A stretch of DNA of 31,244 nt. Origin: a virus. Taxonomy: Duplodnaviria; Caudoviricetes. The DNA lies in IMG/VR virus record IMGVR_UViG_3300032225_002140, positions 1 through 31,244 of that record; one strand, written 5' to 3'. The notes beneath the pieces are model-generated. The model was given only the letters and a program-made list of their open reading frames with translations. It was not told the DNA's origin and did not search any database. The position numbers and the translations under genes were made by a program. Of the stretch, positions 1-7,509 are shown one piece after another (position 1 is the stretch's first letter; every line of letters begins with the position of its first letter).

Positions 1-483
1 TGCAGCACCCGTAAAATACGCTTTACAAAGCATTCTAACAGCATCTGCCCATCCTTCAATACTGTCGCCTACTAAGTATCTTTTGTGTTTAGTTGGCACT
101 TTAATTTCAGGTAATTGCTCAATGTGGTGAAGTTGTACTGAGTATCCTACTCCACAACCACTCAACAATAAGAACATTATCTCGCTGAATGATCTCCAAT
201 CATCAAGAGGAAGAAAAGAGCAATTAAATATACGAGCATTATTAAGTTCAATGGGCTTACCAGCGAATTGCAAGCTGCGCATTGAAGGCAATACCTTTTT
301 ATCATATACCAGTTTATAAGCTTCTTCAATTTCATTTTTAAGTTGCGGGAATTTAGTTTGATGCATTTCTTTGTTTCTCGTAACTAATTCATGCCAAGTT
401 TCTCTTCTATTCTTAGCGGGAACAAATTTAGCGTACTTCATGTACGTAGTAATCTCGCTAAGAATCTCTTGCGTTACATCCAT
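1..483 (-). CDS. nrdJ: Class II (adenosylcobalamin-dependent, monomeric RTPR-type) ribonucleotide reductase, N-terminal part; runs off the window
   Basis: Not in the ORF track. Hand translation from ATG at 483 gives MDVTQEILSEITTYMKYAKFVPAKNRRETWHELVTR...KKVLPSMRSLQFAG...RIFNCSF...MFLLLSGCGVGYSV...VGDSIEGWADAV. KYA, RRETW, LPSMR, NC, GxGVGYSV and DSxEGW are motifs typical of phage NrdJ. It lies directly downstream of thioredoxin. Confidence 0.88.
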   Translation of the reverse strand, partial: MDVTQEILSEITTYMKYAKFVPAKNRRETWHELVTRNKEMHQTKFPQLKNEIEEAYKLVYDKKVLPSMRSLQFAGKPIELNNARIFNCSFLPLDDWRSFSEIMFLLLSGCGVGYSVQLHHIEQLPEIKVPTKHKRYLVGDSIEGWADAVRMLCKAYFTGAA

Positions 484-497
484 TTTCTGTGTTTTTT

Positions 498-758
498 TTA
501 AATAAGTGATTTAATAATGCCGGCGTATGTTGTTTTTGGTTGTACACCTGTATAACGCTGAACTAATTGTCCATTTTTTTCTATAACGACTGTTGGTACA
601 CTTGTTACCATGTAGTCTGCAGTTGTTTGTTTGTTTTGATCTACATCTATTGTTTCAAATGAAACTCCTGGGAATTCTGATTGCAACTGCATAAATGCAG
701 GAGCAAGCTGTTTACACGGGCCACACCATGTAGCCGTGAATCTTTTTACTTTTATCAT
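498..758 (-). CDS. trxA: Thioredoxin
   Basis: FTATWCGPCK active site, cis-Pro motif SVPT, 86 aa; adjacent to the reductase gene. Confidence 0.95.
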   Translation of the reverse strand: MIKVKRFTATWCGPCKQLAPAFMQLQSEFPGVSFETIDVDQNKQTTADYMVTSVPTVVIEKNGQLVQRYTGVQPKTTYAGIIKSLI

Positions 759-776
759 AAATTTTATTGTTGTAGT

Positions 777-785
777 TATAAATAT
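777..785 (-). promoter_or_regulatory. Phage promoter-like motif ATATTTATA upstream of trx-nrdJ
   Basis: + strand TATAAATAT, about 19 nt from the start codon at 758. Confidence 0.6.
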
Positions 786-793
786 AGTATATA

Positions 794-2176
794 CTATTGT
801 CCCTCTTCAAGCTTCATAAACTTACTTCTAAGAACGTAACGATCTTCTACTCCTATTTCAGAAAAGGTATTTGTTGGTTTATTACTTTTCTTATTTTCAA
901 ACTCTGAATCATCCATTGGTTGGTCGTATATGTCTATATACCCATTTGCTGTATTAATTTTAGAACCAAATGTTAATCCATCGGCTCCATATCTATTTTT
1001 AATAAAATGCCAGTTACCTGTTCCATCTACTTTATGTTTACGTCCTCTAGCTAAAGATACAATAATATCTCCAATCATAATCTTATCATATGAACCTGCA
1101 GCATTTTTAGCTTGTAATATATCTTCATCAGCTCCTGTTCTATTTGCTTGTGATGGAGAAATAATAGGCATATTGCGTTCCTTAGCTAATCCTTTAGCAT
1201 CAGTATAAACGTCATCAATTTCATCTTTACGTTCGGTTCTACTTTTAGTTTTTAATAAATCTAAATAATCAATAATAATTAAATCTGGTTTAAACTCTTC
1301 CTGGTGTTCTAATTGTTGTAAATGGGATTCAATTGTATCTAGTGATGCTCGTTTTGGAGCATATTCTTTAATGATAATTTTACCTTTTACCTTAGCAACA
1401 GCTTCTTCTACTTCAGAACGATGTTTATCTAATTTATCTACATCAATACCAGAAAATACAGAATCGTATCTTTTACCTACATAACCTTCAGATAATTCTA
1501 ATGTGTAATGTACTAAATTGTATCCTAAAGCAGCAGCATAAGCCCCCATTGCAATAGCAGCCCATGATTTACCTCCGCCTGGGTTGCCAAATACTAGTAC
1601 TAAATCACCTTTACCATATCCACCTTGTGTTAGACTATTAAATATAGGCCAAGGGAATGGTATAACGTTTCTATTATCATCTCTATACCTAGCTTCAACA
1701 TCTGCTTCGTAAATATGTCCTATGTTTCTGTCTTCGCCGGCTTTCATAGCCATATTAATTAAAGATCTAATACCATCATAATCGCCTAAGTTGAGTAAAT
1801 CAACTGAAGTCATGATAGCTTTCTTCATTTGCTGATTTTTACAGAAATCGCTAAATTCTTTCTCTACCCATTCTAAATCAGATATATCTGACATCTTATA
1901 GGCTTCACGTAGTGAATCTGTAAGTGAAATTCGTAATACTTCATTGTCAATCTTTTTAATTTCAATTGATAATGTTTCTACTGTTGGGAATGTGTGATAT
2001 TGAGTAAAATATTTAATAATATAATCAATAGTCCATTTGTGTGCTTGTGATTCAAAGTATTCACTATCAAGTGAATCAGCTATGTTTAATAAAAAGTCAC
2101 GTTGTGTTAGTAAAGCACCTAATACCTTTGTCTGAAACGCATTTCCGTACTGATTAAGTTTACTTAATGTAGCCAT
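794..2176 (-). CDS. Replicative DNA helicase (DnaB / T4 gp41-like, SF4)
   Basis: Walker A GNPGGGKS, YTLELSE, Walker B LIIIDYLD, SQANR and KNRYG. Start moved to the ATG at 2176 (MATLSKL) because the ORF-track start overlaps the upstream gene. Confidence 0.92.
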   Translation of the reverse strand: MATLSKLNQYGNAFQTKVLGALLTQRDFLLNIADSLDSEYFESQAHKWTIDYIIKYFTQYHTFPTVETLSIEIKKIDNEVLRISLTDSLREAYKMSDISDLEWVEKEFSDFCKNQQMKKAIMTSVDLLNLGDYDGIRSLINMAMKAGEDRNIGHIYEADVEARYRDDNRNVIPFPWPIFNSLTQGGYGKGDLVLVFGNPGGGKSWAAIAMGAYAAALGYNLVHYTLELSEGYVGKRYDSVFSGIDVDKLDKHRSEVEEAVAKVKGKIIIKEYAPKRASLDTIESHLQQLEHQEEFKPDLIIIDYLDLLKTKSRTERKDEIDDVYTDAKGLAKERNMPIISPSQANRTGADEDILQAKNAAGSYDKIMIGDIIVSLARGRKHKVDGTGNWHFIKNRYGADGLTFGSKINTANGYIDIYDQPMDDSEFENKKSNKPTNTFSEIGVEDRYVLRSKFMKLEEGQ

Positions 2177-2195
2177 ATAACCTATTTTTATAAAA

Positions 2196-3224
2196 TTACT
2201 TAAAAACACTTAAAGGACCAAATACTTGGTTTATCCAATAAGGTGTGTTTGGTATTGATTCTCCTAATTTATCTGCAGTATACATTTGCATAAATGCATG
2301 TGAGTTTAATTCAAACTGAGCGTTAAAGCTATTTTGAATTTGAGTGATATTTTCTGGTGATAATGGTATTGTTTTTAAATCCATTAATCTACTATTAATC
2401 ACTAATTGATGTTTGCGTTCAGTTATACGAGCATATAAATCATGTTCATTAGATAATTCTCTTGCTTTTTCTAATATGCTGTTTAATGTAACGCTAGCAC
2501 TACTATTTAGTTCAGGAAATAATTTAATTAGCTTTTTAGGACCTAATCCTAATACACCCGGTAAATTATCTGATTGGTCTCCCATTAGTATTTTGTAATT
2601 AACAAAGTTATGGCTTGTAACACCATATTCATCTAATACATCTGCTGGTTTGTATATTTTCTTTTTAGTGGGAGAATATACTTTAGTTTTGTTACTTACT
2701 AATTGAAGGAAATCCTTATCAGCAGACATTATAGTTACTTCCTTAGTAGCATCAAAATTTTCAAATTTACCCACTAAATAACCAATAGTATCATCAGCCT
2801 CAATTCCATCTACACATATCATTGATATTGGTAGACATTGAAGATAATGAATTAATCTTGCCATTTGATTGTTTATCGCCTCTCTCTCATCATCTTTAGA
2901 CTGAAATATAGCATAATTAGTCATGCGGTTGGCATTTCTATTTGCTTTATATTCAGGATATAAATTACGTTTGTTGTTTGATCCACCAACACCATCAAAT
3001 ACAATTACTACTCTAGTTGGATCAATCATCTTAATAGCATAACCAAGTGATTTTAAAAATCCCGTAAGACCACCAATGTGGTGGCCTTCGGAATTTAAAT
3101 GGTTTATCATAGTAAATGCTCTAAGGAAGGTGTTTAACCCGTCCAGAACCAAAATGGAGTCTTGGACTCCACGTTGATCATTATTTACATTAGATAATAT
3201 GTCGGCGTATTTATTCTTCGACAT
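2196..3224 (-). CDS. Stand-alone 5'-3' exonuclease / flap endonuclease (PolI N-terminal domain / T4 RNase H family)
   Basis: LDGLN, VFDG, YPEYKANR, EADD, SADKDFLQL and the helix-3-turn-helix GDQSDNLPGVLGLGPK. Confidence 0.93.
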   Translation of the reverse strand: MSKNKYADILSNVNNDQRGVQDSILVLDGLNTFLRAFTMINHLNSEGHHIGGLTGFLKSLGYAIKMIDPTRVVIVFDGVGGSNNKRNLYPEYKANRNANRMTNYAIFQSKDDEREAINNQMARLIHYLQCLPISMICVDGIEADDTIGYLVGKFENFDATKEVTIMSADKDFLQLVSNKTKVYSPTKKKIYKPADVLDEYGVTSHNFVNYKILMGDQSDNLPGVLGLGPKKLIKLFPELNSSASVTLNSILEKARELSNEHDLYARITERKHQLVINSRLMDLKTIPLSPENITQIQNSFNAQFELNSHAFMQMYTADKLGESIPNTPYWINQVFGPLSVFK

Positions 3225-4293
3225 CTACTAGGTTTACTTCGTTAAAACTTTCTTTCATTTCATCTTCTTCAATTACATCAAAGTCTTCTGATCCTAAAAT
3301 AGCTAACCATTCCTTAGAATGTGCTTTTTTATATTCATCAATTGCTTTTTTATCATCGTCAATAAATCCATGAACTGTCATTACTGTAGCTCCTTTGGTT
3401 TGTACACCAGTAATGTGGTTTTTATCAACTGATATTTTAGTGCGTTTAGCAAACTCAACGTCTTTACCGTCTTTGGTTGCTTTAATCTTACTAGTACCAC
3501 TGTTTGATATATTACCAAATGTTACTACAAGTGATGAGTCAAAAAACATAGTATCACCGCCTTTATTTTTCATCTTAGGCTGTTCCATAGGTGAATTAGG
3601 TTTTGCAACCCATACTTTATTAACAGCCACTAATGTGTTAGTGTATGGTTGATTTTCCTTACGTGATAGAATAATCTTTTGGTTAATAAAATTACCAAAT
3701 TGTTGAGACATAGCTCCCGCGTTCCACTCGTTATTATTCTTATTAGATTCAATTGATAATCTACAAGGAATAGATCCAACTGAATCCCATAGAAATAATA
3801 AATCAAATGGTAATTTACCTTGTGCTTGTTCGCTTAATAAATCAGCAATAAAAGCAGCTACATCTTCAATTGTATTTAATGAACCTCTATCTACATATAA
3901 GAAAAAACCTTTGTAATCTGTAATTTCACCTGTTGATTCGTCTACTACAGGCTCCATTTCAAATCCCATTTGTTGGGCATGATCCCAGTTCCATTTCATC
4001 TCAGTAATAATAAAAATAGGTAGTACACCCATTTTTTGAGCAGATACTGCTGTTTCAAGCATCGCTGTTGTTTTACCTGTATCTGAGTGACCACGTAATA
4101 ATGTAATATGGCCCATAGGAATACCAGGTAAAGAAAGTACATCTTGAAATGCTTTAGATAGTTTAACCCACTTTTGTGGTTTAAATTTAACTGACTGATC
4201 TAAGAATTTAGATTTCTTAAAGGCAGATAAATCAAACGACTTGTTAATAGAACTACTAACTACTTCACTAAGTGATTGTTTTGTTTTGGACAT
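3211..4293 (-). CDS. RecA/UvsX-like recombinase
   Basis: GIPMGHITLLRGHSDTGKTT (Walker A), FLWDSVG (Walker B), KGGDTMFF and KNH at positions matching the RecA fold; lies next to the SSB gene. Confidence 0.88.
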   Translation of the reverse strand: MSKTKQSLSEVVSSSINKSFDLSAFKKSKFLDQSVKFKPQKWVKLSKAFQDVLSLPGIPMGHITLLRGHSDTGKTTAMLETAVSAQKMGVLPIFIITEMKWNWDHAQQMGFEMEPVVDESTGEITDYKGFFLYVDRGSLNTIEDVAAFIADLLSEQAQGKLPFDLLFLWDSVGSIPCRLSIESNKNNNEWNAGAMSQQFGNFINQKIILSRKENQPYTNTLVAVNKVWVAKPNSPMEQPKMKNKGGDTMFFDSSLVVTFGNISNSGTSKIKATKDGKDVEFAKRTKISVDKNHITGVQTKGATVMTVHGFIDDDKKAIDEYKKAHSKEWLAILGSEDFDVIEEDEMKESFNEVNLVDVEE

Positions 4294-4303
4294 AAATTAA
4301 TTT

Positions 4304-5140
4304 TTAGTCGTTAAATAATTCCTCGAATTTGTCAGCGTTAGATGTTTTTGCTGCTTTAGTATCCAACTGATAGTGTTGTTCTACTGGTTTGTTAATTTCT
4401 GTAAGGAAATCATCTTCCTCATCTTCATCTGTTTTAGATGCGATTGGAGTTTCAGTAGTTTCTTCATCATCAGGATTTAACCACTTGTCTAATAAGTCCT
4501 TTAAATCTTCAAATGTGTAATGCTTGTTAATAGAGAAAATGTCTGGTTGTTCTTCTAATACTTTAGATACTAAGCTAGCATCTTCAGAAATAGCTGTTGT
4601 TTTAGGTTTAACACGAATAGCACATTTGATGCCTTTTCTACCAGCCACTATGTCTTCTGTAGCTTCAATAGTAAAATCACGACCATCAGTAATGTCTGTG
4701 TAATCGCCATAATCTTCATCAGTAGCAATACCTAATAATTGGTCGTAAATTAACTTACCAAATTCCCATAAACGAGCGCCTTTTTCTTCTTCACCACGTA
4801 CTAATACTGGGACGAAGTAGCGTAATTTTGGTTCAACTTTTTTAGCTAACTGCCAATCTTCTTTATCAGATGATTTACGAAGGCCTTTTGCAAATTCTAC
4901 AATTGGGTCTTTTTCATTCCAATTTGTTAATGCTAAAATAGGTCCTTTAGAGAAACCGTAGTGGAAATAAACTTCACGGAACGGATTTGCTTTGTCGAAT
5001 TTTGAAGGTAAAATTCTAACTTGGTGCTTACCTGGTTTTGGTTTCCAGAAGATTGTAGAATAATCAATCTTTTCGTAAGTTTTCTTTTGGCCTTTGTTTT
5101 GAGAAGTGGCTAACTTCTGTTTGATTAGACTTAAGTCCAT
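4304..5140 (-). CDS. Single-stranded DNA-binding protein, T4 gp32-like
   Basis: FWKPKPGKHQVRILP, LWEFGK and DITDGRDF motifs; acidic C-terminal tail ending DKFEELFND; replication-cluster context. Confidence 0.82.
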   Translation of the reverse strand: MDLSLIKQKLATSQNKGQKKTYEKIDYSTIFWKPKPGKHQVRILPSKFDKANPFREVYFHYGFSKGPILALTNWNEKDPIVEFAKGLRKSSDKEDWQLAKKVEPKLRYFVPVLVRGEEEKGARLWEFGKLIYDQLLGIATDEDYGDYTDITDGRDFTIEATEDIVAGRKGIKCAIRVKPKTTAISEDASLVSKVLEEQPDIFSINKHYTFEDLKDLLDKWLNPDDEETTETPIASKTDEDEEDDFLTEINKPVEQHYQLDTKAAKTSNADKFEELFND

Positions 5141-5179
5141 GTTTTATCGTTTTAAATGTTAAGTGTTCTATGAACACAA

Positions 5180-5210
5180 TGAAGATACGATCTTTATTTC
5201 GGGAGACAAA
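5180..5210 (-). promoter_or_regulatory. Bacteroidota-type housekeeping promoter upstream of the SSB-recA-exonuclease-helicase genes
   Basis: Minus strand reads TTTG (5210-5207), a 19-nt spacer, then TATCTTCA (5187-5180). This is close to the Bacteroidota -33 TTTG / -7 TAnnTTTG consensus. Confidence 0.6.
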
Positions 5211-5222
5211 AGCTCACTAAAA

Positions 5223-5645
5223 TTATTTATTAAAGTCTATTATTTTATGGATTGACGTATCTAGTTTGCGTAGATTAGGTCCATCAGTTAATAGTATACT
5301 GTTTTTATATTCTTGCCAATTTACCATATAGCTCTTATCTAAATATCCATTATTCAATGATTTAATTAACGTATTTAAAGCATTTATAGTATATAGGGTA
5401 TTAGATTCTTTTTTGCGATGAAGCAAAATAGTATTAGCCATCGGAGCAGCACTCATATTTGTTGTATCAATATTATAGGTACATATTAGCTCATCACTTT
5501 GTGGTGATTCTAATATAAAAATTTTACCAAATAATATTAAATATTTACGGTTAATCGTGGCGACTGTCTCTTCTACATTATCGGGTTGTGTAAAGGTGCA
5601 GAATAGCTTATTCAAGTCAAAAAATTCATTTAGTTGTTCCATCAT
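5223..5645 (-). CDS. Hypothetical protein downstream of the polymerase (possible alternative TTG start at 5615)
   Basis: 140-aa ORF filling the gap between polymerase and SSB; contains NKLFCTF and LHRKKESNTLYTINALN segments; no function recognised. Confidence 0.7.
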   Translation of the reverse strand: MMEQLNEFFDLNKLFCTFTQPDNVEETVATINRKYLILFGKIFILESPQSDELICTYNIDTTNMSAAPMANTILLHRKKESNTLYTINALNTLIKSLNNGYLDKSYMVNWQEYKNSILLTDGPNLRKLDTSIHKIIDFNK

Positions 5646-5651
5646 AAATAT

Positions 5652-6941
5652 TTATAGTTTTTCCAAACCGTGGTATGTTTTACCTTGTTTAATATTGACT
5701 GGATATTCCAATATATTTATTAGTTCTTGAATTAATCCTTTATCTTCGTTGCTATAATCAAATAAAAATGCATCATAAGTATACAGCACTAATTTTGTTT
5801 TTTTGCCTTCTAATAGTTTAAATATTAATTTTAATAATTCAACATTAGTTGACGTTTCTTTACTTTGAACTATATAGTTAAACAATTTTGATTTAGTCAT
5901 ATTAGCGTCAGGCATAAATATTTTATTTTCCGTTACAAAACGCTTTCCGTATTGGTACGTATCCCACATATCATCTATAAACATATTTACATCTTTAAAG
6001 AATGGTTTGTATTGGTATTCGCTCCACACACCACCATATAGCTGTTTAAATGTTAATTCTTTAGCCTCTTGTTGCGTTACGCCTAATAATTGACTTAATA
6101 GTGTATATGTGTTTATATCTTTTGGAAAATGCCAATTAACCATTTCACCAATCAGGCGAGGATGATACCCCTGAAAATCTAATTCAATGAATTTGTCATT
6201 TTCTGGGCGATAGCATATACGCTCGTTATTATCTTTATTTAAAGCTGCGAAGTTAATGCCGTTAAATGTGTTGGAAGGACGGGATGTTGTGGTATATAGG
6301 TTATATTGAGTGTATATTTTACTGCGCTTTAAATTGAATTGAGGGTTAGTTAATTTCCCATTATAATGCTCAATAAAGCAGTTTTTATCGACCTTTACGC
6401 CGTTTTTTTCAATATGATAAAATATATCTGCTGTACAAAAGTTTTGAAATGCAAACGCCTCGTCTGCTAATGAATATTGTCTTATAATAGGCCACGACAC
6501 ATCAAATATAGCCTCACACATTTCATAATGTTTGCTAATTGGTATTAAGCAATTAATATTAGGTAAGGCATTATGTTTATTATAGTAAAAACGGATACAC
6601 GGATTATCAAGAATTGATATATCAATGTGCTGTATAAAGTTAGCATCAAACAGTTGGTCTGGGTTGTAGTACCAATGTAGTGCTTGTTTTTTATCTAGTA
6701 TCCATAATTTGTTTATTTTATTTAGCCATTCAAATACTTCCTTTTTGTCTAATGAAAATGATTCGTTGTGGTCTAAACACAATATATATCCTTTATTACT
6801 CCAAACAGGTCTAATATATATTAAACTTAATTCAGTAAGTGCAGGATGGAAATTATTGTTGTGTGGAATAAATCTAATAAAGCAATCTTCAAATGGACCT
6901 AATTGCTCTAATTGATCTTTACGTTCAATTATATAAAACAT
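5652..6941 (-). CDS. Compact, divergent family A DNA polymerase (palm and fingers recognisable; degenerate N-terminal domain)
   Basis: TTTSRPSN (TxTGRLSS-like), motif A ELDFQGYHPRL, motif B EAKELTFKQLYG, NYIVQS (motif 6-like) and motif C LYTYDAFLFD; only 429 aa. Confidence 0.82.
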   Translation of the reverse strand: MFYIIERKDQLEQLGPFEDCFIRFIPHNNNFHPALTELSLIYIRPVWSNKGYILCLDHNESFSLDKKEVFEWLNKINKLWILDKKQALHWYYNPDQLFDANFIQHIDISILDNPCIRFYYNKHNALPNINCLIPISKHYEMCEAIFDVSWPIIRQYSLADEAFAFQNFCTADIFYHIEKNGVKVDKNCFIEHYNGKLTNPQFNLKRSKIYTQYNLYTTTSRPSNTFNGINFAALNKDNNERICYRPENDKFIELDFQGYHPRLIGEMVNWHFPKDINTYTLLSQLLGVTQQEAKELTFKQLYGGVWSEYQYKPFFKDVNMFIDDMWDTYQYGKRFVTENKIFMPDANMTKSKLFNYIVQSKETSTNVELLKLIFKLLEGKKTKLVLYTYDAFLFDYSNEDKGLIQELINILEYPVNIKQGKTYHGLEKL

Positions 6942-6958
6942 ATGTCATAACCTTTGGA

Positions 6959-6990
6959 TGAATATAAATTAGAAGATTTGACCTTTCAAA
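6959..6990 (-). promoter_or_regulatory. Bacteroidota-type promoter upstream of the polymerase gene
   Basis: Minus strand reads TTTG (6990-6987), a 20-nt spacer, then TATATTCA (6966-6959); same TAnnTTCA variant as upstream of SSB. Confidence 0.55.
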
Positions 6991-6995
6991 TTTAC

Positions 6996-7508
6996 CTAAT
7001 CGTTAGCTCCAGGTGTATATGTAGAACTAATATAAGTTTTTAAACCAGGAATAACTTGCTCAGCTGCATTTAAATCAGATTCTTTAAAGGTATTTTGATA
7101 ATATAAACTAACAGAAGAATATAAAGGATCACTTTTAAATTGAATGTATGTATTTTGATCTATCTCTTTAATAATATTATTATTATGTTTAGATATAAAG
7201 TATCTATCTACATTATTAGTAGTGTCAGCATTAAAATAATATGAAGATGGCTCTTGATTATTTAAAACAATACCGGAAACAGCTCCATACATATATGTTA
7301 AAGGATTTGTTAATAAAGTGTTAACGTTACTAGAATTTATTTTTATTAGTAAGGGAGCACTTGTATTAAATTCTTTACCAGCGTATTTATTGCCGTTAGC
7401 TTCATAATAGTATCCTTGATAGTCTCTATATGTACTTTCAAACATATATTCACCTCCTGAGGTATATTGGCTATTTACTACTTTATTAGAAGGTATTCTT
7501 AGTCCCAT
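6996..7508 (-). CDS. Hypothetical protein, last gene of the baseplate block
   Basis: The likely start is the ATG at 7508 (MGLRIPS), 1 nt after the upstream stop. Tyr-rich N-terminal motif YTSGGEY...YQGYYYE...YAGK. Confidence 0.7.
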   Translation of the reverse strand: MGLRIPSNKVVNSQYTSGGEYMFESTYRDYQGYYYEANGNKYAGKEFNTSAPLLIKINSSNVNTLLTNPLTYMYGAVSGIVLNNQEPSSYYFNADTTNNVDRYFISKHNNNIIKEIDQNTYIQFKSDPLYSSVSLYYQNTFKESDLNAAEQVIPGLKTYISSTYTPGAND

Positions 7509-7509
7509 T

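Noticed and set aside
498-758. Thioredoxin as a T7-style polymerase processivity factor
   Set aside because: The polymerase is too short to show a thioredoxin-binding insertion, and trx is directly coupled to the reductase gene, which is the simpler explanation.
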